NCBI GenBank assembly: GCA_965206695.1
Contig: CBDBKM010000001.1
Coordinates: 32,001 to 96,000 of the forward strand
DNA from: Chlamydiales bacterium
GTDB taxonomy: Bacteria; Chlamydiota; Chlamydiia; Chlamydiales; JAAZZY01
DNA length: 64,000 nt
Reading direction: 5' to 3'
Numbering within the stretch: the first letter of the stretch is position 1; every line of letters starts with the position of its first letter. This document shows, one piece after another, positions 10,759-21,768 of this stretch. The notes beneath the pieces are model-generated. The model saw only the letters and a list, made by a program, of their open reading frames with translations, did no database searches and was not told where the DNA came from. The translations under genes were made by a program, and so were the position numbers.

Positions 10759-11823
10759 TTAAATCCATTTCTTTTTCCTAAAGAAAAATAACATGCCGCA
10801 AATAATGAAAAACATAACAATTAGTGCTCCCGGATAACCAAAACGCCAGGTTAAATCAGGCATATCTCTAAAATTCATTCCCCATACACCCGTTAAAAAT
10901 GTTAAAGGAGCAAAAATAGTCGCAAAGATAGCTAAGGTTTTCATGATATCATTTGTTTTTTGACTGGCATTAGATAAGTGCAAGTCGATAATACTTGAAA
11001 TCAAGTCACGAAATGTTTCAATAGAGTCAATAACTTGTATGGTGTGGTCATAAAGATCTCTTAAATAATGAGAGATCTCTCCGGATAACAGATTATTTGT
11101 ATCTCGTTGTAATCGACTAATAACTTCTCTTAAGGGCCAAACATATTTTCTCATAACGATCATTTCTCTCTTGAGATGGTAGACTTTAGATAAACCCTTC
11201 TGAGTTGGATCGTTTAAAATTGTAATTTCCTGATCTTCAACACTTTCTCCCATATTTTCTAATACTAAAAAGTAGTTATCTACAATTATATCAATTAAGG
11301 TATAGACTAAGTAATCACTCCCCCACCCTTGACGACGTATTCGACCGGTTCTCAGACGTTCCCTTACTAAGAGGGAAAGATTACTACGTTTCTCTTGGAA
11401 AGAAATCACATAATTTTCACCTAAAATAATACTAACCTGAGAATTTTCTAGCCTGGCTGTTTGCTTGTTATATCTTAATTCTCTGACTACCAGGTATATA
11501 AAGTCATCATAATCATCTACTTTCGGTCGCTGTTCAGTTCGAATATCTTCTAAAACTAAAGAGTGGATTCCAAAGTATTTACCTAGAGGCTCTAAGATTT
11601 CCGGAAGAGAGGGGCCAACAATATTAATCCAGGTGCTATTCGCTGATTCTTTATAAGGAAAGGATTCTGCGATGGTATCTAATTTTTTTTCTTCAAAGAG
11701 ATCTTCATTGTAGTTAATGGCATGGATAGATACTTCGTGTTGCTTCTCCTCTTCAGTATGTGTTTCTGCCTGAGGAAATAAGATATCTTGAGGGGTTAGT
11801 TTCTTAAAAAAATTCTTAGACAT
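10759..11823 (-). CDS. corA: Magnesium/cobalt transporter CorA
   Basis: GMN signature between two C-terminal TM helices; QRPKVD. Confidence 0.95.
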   Translation of the reverse strand: MSKNFFKKLTPQDILFPQAETHTEEEKQHEVSIHAINYNEDLFEEKKLDTIAESFPYKESANSTWINIVGPSLPEILEPLGKYFGIHSLVLEDIRTEQRPKVDDYDDFIYLVVRELRYNKQTARLENSQVSIILGENYVISFQEKRSNLSLLVRERLRTGRIRRQGWGSDYLVYTLIDIIVDNYFLVLENMGESVEDQEITILNDPTQKGLSKVYHLKREMIVMRKYVWPLREVISRLQRDTNNLLSGEISHYLRDLYDHTIQVIDSIETFRDLISSIIDLHLSNASQKTNDIMKTLAIFATIFAPLTFLTGVWGMNFRDMPDLTWRFGYPGALIVMFFIICGMLFFFRKKKWI

Positions 11824-11974
11824 ACGACCTTTCCATATTCTATCCCCTTATCTCGTATATAGAAAGAAGAAGAATATCTGTCAATAGGTCTATAAATATA
11901 AAGGGGTTAATTCATTCGAAAGATATAAAGACACCGTCTGTCCGACTTGATTGCACCCGGCAAACAGATTGCAG

Positions 11975-13312
11975 TTAGGCATCGATGTTCTTGCGGACCA
12001 TATCGATCTGACGCATAAGGATTTCATCACATCTCATCTTTTTTTCGATATTTTTGCACGCATGGAGAATAGTAGAATGCGTTTTACCAAAAGATGCGCC
12101 AATCATCATTAATGATTCGCTAACCATTTCCTTGGCGAGATACATAGCAACTTGCCTGGGAAAGGCGATGTCTTTTTTGCGAGCGGAGCTTTTTAAATCA
12201 CTGACACGGACTTGAAAAACAGCAGCAACACTTTTAAGAATGTGTTCAACAACAACTTTTTTATGGGGAGCTTGACGAAGCATTTCACCTAAGGATTCTT
12301 CAACAACACCTTCTGATATATCAGTATTCAAAATTCGGCAATAGGCGCTTAGTCTGTTTATAGCCCCTTCAAGCTGTCTGACATTGTTACGGATCCTCTC
12401 AGCCATAAAAAAAGCTGTTTTCTGAGGAATATGCATGCCTTTTTGTTCCGCTTTATATTGTAAAATAGCAACACGTGTTTCTAAGTCAGGAATACCCAAT
12501 TGAGCCACAAGCCCCCATTCCATACGAGCGACTAGTCGCTCAGATAACTTTAGTTGGTTGGGAGGTTTATCACAGGCAATAACAATTTGCTTATTTTGAT
12601 TAATGAGGCATTCAAACGTATTACAAAATTCATCTTCGAAATTTAAACGGTTTTGAAGGAATTGAATATCATCGACTATTAAAATGTCTAGTTGACGATA
12701 GAAGCGCTTCATTTGAGCAATTGATTTATTTCTAAGGTTATCGACTAGATCATTGATAAATGCTTCCGTTGTAATGCACTGTATACGCAAATTTTTATGA
12801 TTTTGTCTTATATGGTGAGCAATAGCGTGTAATAAATGTGTTTTTCCTAAACCTACTTTTCCATGGATGAAAAGGGGATTATAGGAAGCCGCCGGCCGAT
12901 TAGCTATACCCATTGCAGCAGATTTTACAAATTGGTTGGATGGACCTTCTATAAAATTTTCAAATTTATAGAGTTGATTTAATTTTAATTCTCCGTTTTC
13001 TAAATTAGGATCCGGTAAAGAAGGTTGAGTGGGAGATGATTCAATAGGTTTACTTTGAGTGGCAATACTAAAGGATACCGCAAGTTGTCCGTCAGGTGTT
13101 AAAGGTAGAAAAGCACATAAATCTTTCTTATAATTTTCAAGAAGATACTCTTTTACGAAAACGTTAGGAACTTCTAACAGAAGCTTTTCAGATGAAGATT
13201 CTAATACACGTATAGGTGATAACCAGTTTTCAAAAGCAGTAGCAGAGCACCGCTCTTCTGCGTATTGAAGAAATTGTTCCCAAACTTCACACCTTTCGTT
13301 ACATATGAGCAT
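11975..13312 (-). CDS. dnaA: Chromosomal replication initiator DnaA
   Basis: [38 protein letters not shown]. Confidence 0.97.
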   Translation of the reverse strand: MLICNERCEVWEQFLQYAEERCSATAFENWLSPIRVLESSSEKLLLEVPNVFVKEYLLENYKKDLCAFLPLTPDGQLAVSFSIATQSKPIESSPTQPSLPDPNLENGELKLNQLYKFENFIEGPSNQFVKSAAMGIANRPAASYNPLFIHGKVGLGKTHLLHAIAHHIRQNHKNLRIQCITTEAFINDLVDNLRNKSIAQMKRFYRQLDILIVDDIQFLQNRLNFEDEFCNTFECLINQNKQIVIACDKPPNQLKLSERLVARMEWGLVAQLGIPDLETRVAILQYKAEQKGMHIPQKTAFFMAERIRNNVRQLEGAINRLSAYCRILNTDISEGVVEESLGEMLRQAPHKKVVVEHILKSVAAVFQVRVSDLKSSARKKDIAFPRQVAMYLAKEMVSESLMMIGASFGKTHSTILHACKNIEKKMRCDEILMRQIDMVRKNIDA

Positions 13313-13364
13313 ATTTTCTAATCCTTTTGCTTGCTTTTCAATTCTCTTTTGTCTTGTCGTTAAG

Positions 13365-13399
13365 TTATTAACAATGTTTCCACAAGTTGCTGTGGAGCA
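13365..13399. promoter_or_regulatory. Degenerate DnaA-box cluster upstream of dnaA
   Basis: TTATTAACA (13365), GTTTCCACA (13376) and inverted TGTGGAGCA (13391) resemble TTATCCACA. Confidence 0.45.
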
Positions 13400-13803
13400 A
13401 TTTTATGCGCGCAATGTAACATTACATTTTCTTGCCTGCAAGAAATTTATAAACAAAAAAAAACAAAATCTACTAAATCCTTAAGCCTTAAAATTGAGAC
13501 GACAAAAAAAACAAAATCAACCCATATGAATATTTCCAAAAAACATTATAAAGCATTATTTATCAGTTTGTTATTGAAATTTAACTCTAAAAGTCTTTAG
13601 TTTTTAAGGTATTAGAACAAAACCGGGGGACTGTTTTTTGCTTATTCCGATCGAAATAGTGGAAGAAATTATCTTTTGATAAGTAGATTTAGTATCCGAT
13701 TTTTTGGGTGCAAAAAAAGATAAGCTAGTTAATATTTAAAAATAAAGAGGGTTTCTCTTTACTTTGGCCTAATGAGTATTATTAAAAGGAGTATTATAGC
13801 GCG

Positions 13804-14247
13804 ATGCCGACGATTGATGATATTGGACTAGATGAATATAGTCGATACGCACGAGAAAGTAAAGCCTATGAAGATTTTGTTGATGAATATGGGGTAGCGT
13901 CGATTTCTGACTCTAGAATTGTTCCTATTCACCTTCAAGTATTGGATGAAATTGTTAAGCCTGAAGCGACCGAAGTTATCTTTGGAAGCACTAAAATATC
14001 CTGGGCTCATTTTCCTAAAAAAGAAATTCAGCGCACCTTTCACTTTGATATATCGAATTCCATTGAAAAGGATGAAGCTGATTTAAAAAAAATCAAAACA
14101 ATAGACTGTTCTTCTAAAGATACACGCGAAGAAATGCGTTTATTAAATGAGAAAAATAAGATCTTAGCATTATGTCAAAAGCAAACTCAATTGCGTAAGG
14201 ATTATGAGTTTGTTATTTCAAGAATTCACCAATTCATTCAGGGGTAA
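13804..14247 (+). CDS. Chlamydial conserved protein, CT273-like
   Basis: H.QVLD...KP...WAHF pattern and position beside a CT274-like gene. Confidence 0.6.
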   Translation: MPTIDDIGLDEYSRYARESKAYEDFVDEYGVASISDSRIVPIHLQVLDEIVKPEATEVIFGSTKISWAHFPKKEIQRTFHFDISNSIEKDEADLKKIKTIDCSSKDTREEMRLLNEKNKILALCQKQTQLRKDYEFVISRIHQFIQG

Positions 14248-14249
14248 TT

Positions 14250-14648
14250 ATGGCAAAGATTAATTGGTTGGATATTCTAGGTTGGAACTCCAACAAAATT
14301 GAAGGTTTAAGAATGACAGCGGTGGCTTATATGTCACAAGGGCATTATGAAATTGCCCAAACTTATTTAGAGGCGATTGTTATTTTAGATCCGGGTAATA
14401 TTTTTGATCTAAAAGCTTTAGGCGCTATTAGTCTTCAAACCAATGATCCTATTAAGGCTTTGGCCTATTTAGAAGAAGTATTACAAATAGAACCTCATGA
14501 TGAGCTTTCCCTTATCAATCGAGTCAAAGCATTATTCATGTTAGGATATAGAGAAGAAGGCTTGAGGCTAGCCCGTTCTTTATTAACTATTGGTAAAAAT
14601 AAAGAGATTGGAAACGATGCTGAAGCTTTAGTCTTAGCATACGGATAA
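14250..14648 (+). CDS. TPR type III secretion chaperone-like protein, CT274-like
   Basis: W..ILGW, QGHY, EAIVILDP, NDAEAL match the chlamydial CT274 family as recalled. Confidence 0.85.
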   Translation: MAKINWLDILGWNSNKIEGLRMTAVAYMSQGHYEIAQTYLEAIVILDPGNIFDLKALGAISLQTNDPIKALAYLEEVLQIEPHDELSLINRVKALFMLGYREEGLRLARSLLTIGKNKEIGNDAEALVLAYG

Positions 14649-14665
14649 TCAAAGAGGGGGCTTCT

Positions 14666-15892
14666 CTATTTTCTTTTTGGTTGTAGCTTTTTCTTTTGAA
14701 TTATTTTCGTTTTTTTAGGGGCTGTTTCTTTAAACATTAAAGCTTTTTTAAGGCTTTCACAGACTTTATCGACATCTTTTTCAGTCAAGTCAAAATAGAG
14801 GGGTAGACTTAACGCTTCGGAATAAAAGGTCTCCATATTGGGAAACAGATCTTTATCTATATTTTTTTTCTGAATAAAGTAGGGGTGGTGATAAAGGGGA
14901 ATAAAATGAACTTGAGTGCCAATACCGAATTCTTTTAATTTATTCATAACGATACCCCGAGTGGTACTATAGGATGAAAAATTGATCCTAATTACAAAAA
15001 GATTATGAGCTGATAATCGGTCATGATTATGAGGGGTTAGGGAAACATCTCGCATTCTGGAGAGTTTACGGCGATAGAGTTTTACAAGCTCTTTTCTTTT
15101 CTGTATAAATTGATCTAATCGCTTGAGTTGTTCTAATCCCAAAGCAGCTTGAAAATCTGTGAAATGATAGTTACATGATACCTCATGTACAGAATATGAC
15201 CATGGTTGATGATCTTGATCGTTTATATCTCTGATTATCCCATTATTACGAATTCGAAGCAGCCTATTATATAAATGTGGGTTATTTGTTGTTACTAATC
15301 CACCTTCACCTGTGGCAATGGACTTTGCCGGATGAAAACTAAATATTGTCATATCGCTATAGCAACAAGAACCTACTTTTTTTCCATTTGTATAACTAGC
15401 TCCAAGAGCTTGGGAAGCGTCTTCAATAACAACAGTATCGACTTGTTTAATATTTTGATCAATAATTTCCATCTTCACCGGAAGACCGGAATAATGGACA
15501 GGAATAATAATATTCCTTCCACGAGAAGATTTGGTGTCCATTTGAGCTTTTAATTGATCTAAATCGATATTCCCTGTTTGAGGATTAATATCTATGAAAC
15601 GAAGTAAAGAGTCATGGTGCAGTGCTCCGGAAATAGAACTAATAAAGGTATTTGGGGTTGAAAAGACATGATCAAAACGATTCATTTCCACTGCTTGGCA
15701 GCCGGCTATAAGGGCGCTGGAGCCGCTATTGAAAACAACGCTATACGCAGCGCCACAATATTTTGCTATGGCATCTTCAAAAGCATTTACAGTGGGTCCA
15801 CGGGTAATGAAGTTTCCTTTCAAAGCTTGGGCTACAGCTTGTATATCATCTTCATTAATAGATTGATGTGTATAGGGAATAAAAGGTTCCAT
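14666..15892 (-). CDS. DegT/DnrJ/StrS sugar aminotransferase, PseC-like
   Basis: IPYTHQSI, EDASQALG, FSFHPAKSIATGEGG (PLP lysine), QVHFIP. Confidence 0.85.
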   Translation of the reverse strand: MEPFIPYTHQSINEDDIQAVAQALKGNFITRGPTVNAFEDAIAKYCGAAYSVVFNSGSSALIAGCQAVEMNRFDHVFSTPNTFISSISGALHHDSLLRFIDINPQTGNIDLDQLKAQMDTKSSRGRNIIIPVHYSGLPVKMEIIDQNIKQVDTVVIEDASQALGASYTNGKKVGSCCYSDMTIFSFHPAKSIATGEGGLVTTNNPHLYNRLLRIRNNGIIRDINDQDHQPWSYSVHEVSCNYHFTDFQAALGLEQLKRLDQFIQKRKELVKLYRRKLSRMRDVSLTPHNHDRLSAHNLFVIRINFSSYSTTRGIVMNKLKEFGIGTQVHFIPLYHHPYFIQKKNIDKDLFPNMETFYSEALSLPLYFDLTEKDVDKVCESLKKALMFKETAPKKTKIIQKKKLQPKRK

Positions 15893-16109
15893 GTAATAAA
15901 CACTCCTTATTGTATGAAGGATTTCCGAGAATATTCAAGTTCAAGATAGTGTATCATGAAAATGATATTGAGTCTATTTCCCACTAATTTCCACAAGAGC
16001 TGAATTCAATAAACGATATCCTTCATCAGTTATTTTCAATAAGTTACTTCAAAAATGATATAAAATGACTTAAAAAAAAGATAAAATGATTGATCCGGAG
16101 AGAAGGTAT

Positions 16110-16136
16110 GTGGTATACGGTGGTATTTAGTGGGAA
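16110..16136 (+). promoter_or_regulatory. MraZ-binding repeats (GTGG x3, 10-bp period)
   Basis: GTGG at 16110, 16120 and 16130 just upstream of the mraZ ATG. Confidence 0.7.
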
Positions 16137-16142
16137 TATGAT

Positions 16143-16682
16143 ATGGGTAAATTTTTTTTCAGTGGATCACATTCAACCCGTCTAGATGACAAAAACCGTT
16201 TTGTCCTGCCTCAAAATATGCGTTATGGACTTATAGAAAATGGGTCCTTAGAATTTTCAATGGGTCTCAGCTTGGGTGGTTGTTTAGCTATTTATCGGCA
16301 AAGTGACATTGAGAAAATAGTAACCGGTTTTCAAATGAAGCAGCACGTTGCTAAATATCAGAAGTTTTTTACTGTGTTCTTTTCAACCTTATTCCATACA
16401 GAGTGCGACAAAGTCGGGCGTGTTAATATCCCGAATCATCTTAAAAAGATTATAAATATTGAGCAGGAAGTTGTCATTGCAGGGGTTTTAAATAAAATTG
16501 AAATCTGGCCAACTGATGTTTATCAGGCAACGATACGTTCTATTCTGGAAGACACCGATTCCCATGAGGATTTAGCGAAAATTACAGAAGAGGCTTTTGC
16601 TCTTGTTGAAGAAGATCAGCAAAAGGATAAGGAAACATGCAAGAGCCCGAAGACAGAGAACATCATATCCCTGTCCTCTTAG
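16143..16682 (+). CDS. mraZ: Division/cell wall cluster repressor MraZ
   Basis: LDDKNRF and DKVGRVNIP motifs, KIEIW; heads the dcw cluster. Confidence 0.92.
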   Translation: MGKFFFSGSHSTRLDDKNRFVLPQNMRYGLIENGSLEFSMGLSLGGCLAIYRQSDIEKIVTGFQMKQHVAKYQKFFTVFFSTLFHTECDKVGRVNIPNHLKKIINIEQEVVIAGVLNKIEIWPTDVYQATIRSILEDTDSHEDLAKITEEAFALVEEDQQKDKETCKSPKTENIISLSS

Positions 16683-17579
16683 AAGAGTTTCTGTCGTTTT
16701 TTATAAATAAAGAATTAGAGATTTTTATAGATGGTACTTTAGGAGCAGGAGGGCATACGGCAGCGTTATTACAGGCTCATCCTGAGTTAAAAAAAGTGAT
16801 TGGTTTTGATCAAGATCCTTACGCTTTATCCATAGCGAAGGAAAGATTGAGTGTTTATGGAAGTCGGTTTTTAGCGATCAACCGAAACTTTAAATTTCTA
16901 AAAGAAGAGCTTGAGAAGCAAAATATTGATGGGGTGGACGGAATTTTTTTAGATATCGGCTTGTCTTCAATGCAACTGGATAGAGGAGAAAGGGGCTTTA
17001 GTTTTATGAAGGAAGGTCCTCTTGATATGCGCATGAATCCTGAACAAGATCTGACAGCAAAAAAAGTTCTTAATCAATATTCAGAAAAAGAACTGGGCTA
17101 CATTTTCAAAGAATATGGTGAGATTCCTAAATGGAGAGTAGTAGCTAAAGCGGTAGTAGATGGTAGAAAAAAAAAAATCGATTGCAACCATTAGTGCTTT
17201 GAACGACATCTTGATGCCTATTATAGGAAAAGCAAGGAAGCGTATTCATCCTTTGACATTAGTTTTTCAGGCTCTTCGGATCTGTGTTAACGATGAATTA
17301 AACGTTTTGAAAGAGGTGATACCTCAAGCCATTGATTTATTGAGAAGTGGGGGGAGATTAGGGATCATTACTTTTCATAGTTTAGAAGACCGGATTGTAA
17401 AAAATCAATTTAAGGAAGCAGCGGGCAAACCTGTACCGGATATGGATATATTGAGAGAAAAAAAAGCCGTACAGATTATTCGCTTACTAACGAAGAAACC
17501 GATCGTTGCAGATAAGAAAGAAACGAAAAAAAATGCAAGGGCTCGCAGTGCAAAATTAAGATTTATAGAAAAAATCTAA
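16637..17579 (+). CDS. rsmH: 16S rRNA m4C1402 methyltransferase, frameshifted at A11 (17167-17177)
   Basis: HIPVL, DGTLGAGGH, PLDMRM in ORF1; FQALRI.VNDEL, FHSLEDRIVK, ARSAKLR in ORF2. Confidence 0.93.
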
Positions 17580-17617
17580 AGATTTTTAAGCTGTTAGCCT
17601 AATTTAAGGGTGAGTAG

Positions 17618-18004
17618 ATGCATCTACCTCAAGTAATACGAATTTTTTTAGCTATTAGTTTTTTAGGTTTAGGACTTTATTCCTATATTGATAAATTAAA
17701 TGCTTTAACAGAGTGCCGAATTCAAATCCCTGATTTGGTAACAGACCTTGCCCGATTAGATGAAGAGAATACATCTTTGCAATATCAAATTGATGAATTT
17801 GAAAATCCGATGCATTTATTGAAATTAGCAAGAGAATCGGAATTTAGCCATCTGAAATATCCCCTAATAAAAGAGGTTATGTCTTTGCCGGAGGGGATCG
17901 CACTAAGGGTAGATTCTTCACCGGATTGCGTTAACGAAGTAAACTCTTTAACAAGTTCATCTTATGAATTTGGATGGCCGATTAAGCTTGGAGCCGGGAA
18001 ATAG
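17618..18004 (+). CDS. ftsL: FtsL-like cell division protein (CT271-like)
   Basis: Single TM plus coiled coil, between rsmH and ftsI. Confidence 0.65.
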   Translation: MHLPQVIRIFLAISFLGLGLYSYIDKLNALTECRIQIPDLVTDLARLDEENTSLQYQIDEFENPMHLLKLARESEFSHLKYPLIKEVMSLPEGIALRVDSSPDCVNEVNSLTSSSYEFGWPIKLGAGK

Positions 18005-20038
18005 TGAAGAAAAAGCATCGATCATCTGATCTTTTAACCAAGCGCAGGCGTATTCTATTAGTCGCTTTTGGCATGTTTGGGCTCTTTTCTCTTCTAACCA
18101 TCCAATTCTATAAAATTCAAATTATTGAAGAAGAAAAGTGGCTTAAGCAAGCAAAATCACAGCATCAGTTTCACATTACCGAAACATTCAGAAGGGGCGC
18201 TTTTTTTTCTAATACGGCTATAAGAAATGGGCACCCTGAACAAAAACACCCCTTTGTAATCGATGTACAAAAATTTCATTTATATATCGATCCATTTTCA
18301 ATTTCTTTTCATTTTCGAGATGAGATTGCCATGAATCTATTGGGATTAATTGATGTACCACAAGAAGATCATTTTGATTTTCGAGAACAATTTAATAAGA
18401 ATAAAAGTCGTAGTCGTAAATTAGCTATGTGGTTAGATAAAAATCAACATGATCAGATTATGAAATGGTGGCGCCCTTATGCTAAAATGCGAAAAATTCC
18501 TTCTAATGCCGTATACTTAGTAAGTGATTATAAGCGATCATATCCTTTTGGTAATCTGTTAGGACAAGTGTTACATACGATTAGAGATAATAAAGACGAA
18601 CTTACGAAACAGGGAATACCAACAGGGGGGATGGAGCTGGAATTTAATGACTTCTTAAAGGGAAGTTTAGGTAAAAAGCGTTTGACTCGTTCTCCCTATC
18701 ATTTATTTGATGATGGAACAATAATCGAGGCGCCACAGAACGGGGCTGATGTCTATTTAACGATCAATCATCATCTTCAAGCTATAGCCGAGGAGGAATT
18801 GGCTAAAGGGGTAGAAATGGCTCAAGCCAAGGGAGGCTGGGTGATGATGATGAACCCAAAAACCGGCGAAATTTTAGCTCTAGCTCAATATCCTTTTTTT
18901 TTCCGCGACCTGTTATCGAGACTACTTTAATGATTTGGCTCTTTTAGAACATACTCGTGTAAAAGGGATTTGTGATTCTTATGAACCCGGATCTATCGTT
19001 AAGCCTTTAACATTGGCGATTTGTCTTAAAGCAAATAGAGAATTAGAGAGACAAGGTAAGCCTCCTCTTTTTGACCCTAAAGAAAAGGTTGGCACACAAT
19101 CAGGTCGCTTCCCCGGCAGAAGGGATCTAAAGGATCCTAGGGGACATAAGTATTTAAATATGTATATGGCTCTTCAGAAGTCATCAAATGTTTATTTTGC
19201 TCGGATTGTAGATAGAGTTATTCAAAAGTTAGGAAATGAATGGTATAAAGAGCAGTTGGAAAAAACATTCAAACTAGGGGTTAAGACTGGTATTGAATTT
19301 CCTGCTGAGGCTGCAGGAGTGTTGCCTGAACCGGGAAGGATTCATCCAAATGGAACCTTGGAATGGTCGATTCCGACTCCTTATTCTTTAGCTATGGGGC
19401 ATAACTTATTAGTTACGAGCCTTCAAATGTTAAGAAGTTATGCTGTTTTTGCTAATGGAGGTTATTTGGTTCAACCAACCTTAATACGAAAAATTATTAA
19501 GATGGATGATGAAGGAAGTAATCACATTTTATTAGATAATGCGAAACCTGATAGACAAATAGGGTTCCCTCAAGTTTTAGACTCATCTATTATTGATGAG
19601 GTGGTAACGGCTTTAAAATATGTGACTAAGCCCGGGGGATCAGGGCATAAAGCTGAAGTGTATGGTTACTCTATAGCAGGGAAGACCGGATCGGCCAATA
19701 AAATAGTTGAAGGGGCCTATTCCAAAAAGAAGTACCTGCCCTCTTTTGTTGGGTTTATTCCGGTAAATAATCCCTTATTTGTTATGTTAGTTGTTATTGA
19801 TGAACCTAATCCTAACTTTATCCCCGGTGTTGGAACAATGTATTGGGGAGGTCAAAGTGCTGCTCCTGTTTTTCGAGAAATAGCAAGGCGTTCTTTGCAA
19901 TATATGGGGGCAGAGCCGGATAATCCTTATGGTTTTCCAAGAGGAGATCCTAGATATGATCCTAATAAGGCTTTTTGGGGAAAAGAGATAAAAGAGATGG
20001 CTGAATTATATAAACAATGGAATGAAGATTCAAAATGA
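18004..20038 (+). CDS. ftsI: Penicillin-binding protein 3, frameshifted at T9 (~18894-18902)
   Basis: RSYPFG, TGEILALA; EPGSIVK (SxxK), SSN, KTG motifs. Confidence 0.93.
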
Positions 20039-21519
20039 AACTAAAACGATTATTTAAGAACATTCCCTTAAAAGGGATCAAAGGATCCAAAGAAATAGAT
20101 ATTACGGGAATATCCTCTCATTCCAAACTAGTGGCTCCCGGCTATCTATTTATTGCTAGAAAAGGATTTCAAGATAATGGTGATAATTATATTAGTGAAG
20201 CAATAAGAGGAGGAGCTAAAGCTATTCTAACGGATATGTACAATCCTTTTTATAAGGGAATTGTTCAACTTATCCATTCCGATCCGGGATCCATAGAAGG
20301 GCAAGTGGCGCTTGAATTTTTTCAAAATCCCAGCCGACATCTCTCAGTCATAGGTATTACAGGAACGAATGGGAAAACAACCACATCGTACCTCGTTTAT
20401 CATTTATTAAATAAGGCTCAAATTGCTACCGGTTTGATTGGAACAATTGAATATGTTTTAGGTCATGTGAAGATCGCGGCTTCAAGAACGACACCGGATG
20501 TTATTTCTAATCATAAAATGATTAGCGAAATGGTAGCAAAAAAATGCAGGGCTTGTGTCATGGAAGTAACATCACACGGTCTTATTCAAAATAGAGTCTA
20601 TGGGATTGATTTTGATATAGCCGTTTTTACTAATTTGACTCAGGATCATTTAGATTATCACCAAGATTTGGATAGTTATTGCGGAGCTAAAGCAAAATTA
20701 TTTTCTGCGTTAGATCAAACCAAGAATCAAAAAGAAAAATGTGCCATTATTAATATTGATTGCCCTAGGCATTCTCAGATCATCAAAGATATAAAAACAC
20801 CTATTTTAACCTATGCGATCGATCAAAAAGCAGATTTACAAGCCCATGATATCGAATTGTTTTCAACAGGCTCCACATTTAAAATCTTCTGTCAAAATCA
20901 AGAAGTGACATGTTCAATTTCTTTAATCGGGCGTTTTAATATTTACAATTGTTTAGCTGCCGTTGCCGTTGGGTTAAAACATAAGATTCCATTAGAAGAG
21001 ATTGTGCAGATACTGAGTACCTTTAAAACAGTTTCCGGAAGGCTAGAGTTAGTAACCAATCATAAAGGGATTAAAGTTTATGTAGATTATGCTCATACAG
21101 ATGATGCTTTAAAAAATGTTTTAACAGCTTTAAGAGAGATTAAAGAAAATAAGATCATTACGGTTTTTGGTTGTGGCGGGGATCGTGATCAATTGAAACG
21201 CCCCAAAATGGGGTTAGTAGCAAATGAGCTATCTGATTTCACTATTATTACTTCTGATAACCCAAGAAGCGAAGACCCCCTATTAATTTGTCAGGAAATT
21301 GCTAAGGCATTTAATAATACATCTAATTTTTTTATCGAAACGGATAGAAAAAAGGCGATAGCTTATGCACTAAAAATGGCTGAACCGAATGATATTATCC
21401 TTATTGCCGGAAAAGGTCATGAAACCTACCAGTTATTTGCTCATCAGATGTTAGATTTTGATGATCGTAAAGTTGTTCAGGAGTTGTGTTCTGAAAATAG
21501 TCAAGCTGTATTACTTTAA
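20035..21519 (+). CDS. murE: UDP-MurNAc-tripeptide synthetase
   Basis: GITGTNGKTT, DYAHT, FGCGGDRD, DNPRSE, AGKGHE. Confidence 0.97.
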   Translation: MKLKRLFKNIPLKGIKGSKEIDITGISSHSKLVAPGYLFIARKGFQDNGDNYISEAIRGGAKAILTDMYNPFYKGIVQLIHSDPGSIEGQVALEFFQNPSRHLSVIGITGTNGKTTTSYLVYHLLNKAQIATGLIGTIEYVLGHVKIAASRTTPDVISNHKMISEMVAKKCRACVMEVTSHGLIQNRVYGIDFDIAVFTNLTQDHLDYHQDLDSYCGAKAKLFSALDQTKNQKEKCAIINIDCPRHSQIIKDIKTPILTYAIDQKADLQAHDIELFSTGSTFKIFCQNQEVTCSISLIGRFNIYNCLAAVAVGLKHKIPLEEIVQILSTFKTVSGRLELVTNHKGIKVYVDYAHTDDALKNVLTALREIKENKIITVFGCGGDRDQLKRPKMGLVANELSDFTIITSDNPRSEDPLLICQEIAKAFNNTSNFFIETDRKKAIAYALKMAEPNDIILIAGKGHETYQLFAHQMLDFDDRKVVQELCSENSQAVLL

Positions 21520-21626
21520 TTACTATGGCTTGGGTAGAAAGGCTTTAGGTTAAATAAGGCTTACTTGACAAATCTCTATAAAACAATTAACTTGATGATT
21601 TAGATCAAAGCAAAAAATATAGATTA

Positions 21627-21700
21627 TGTCCTCGGCGTGACTCGAACACGCGACCTGCTGCTTAGGAGGCAGCCGCTCTATCCGGCTGAGCTACGAGGAC
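21627..21700 (-). tRNA. tRNA-Arg (anticodon CCT)
   Basis: Minus strand GTCCTCG...GCTGC-CTCCTAA-GCAGC...GTTCGAGT...CGAGGACA folds as a cloverleaf; CCA not encoded. Confidence 0.97.
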
Positions 21701-21768
21701 AGAAAATAAGAAAAACAACTTAAATCAACTAATGGCTTTTACACAAGTTATTTAACAGAAGATAAGGA

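Noticed and set aside
13313..13803. oriC beside dnaA
   Set aside because: Only a few degenerate boxes, no evident change in gene orientation bias, and the chlamydial oriC is not generally at dnaA; GC skew was not computed
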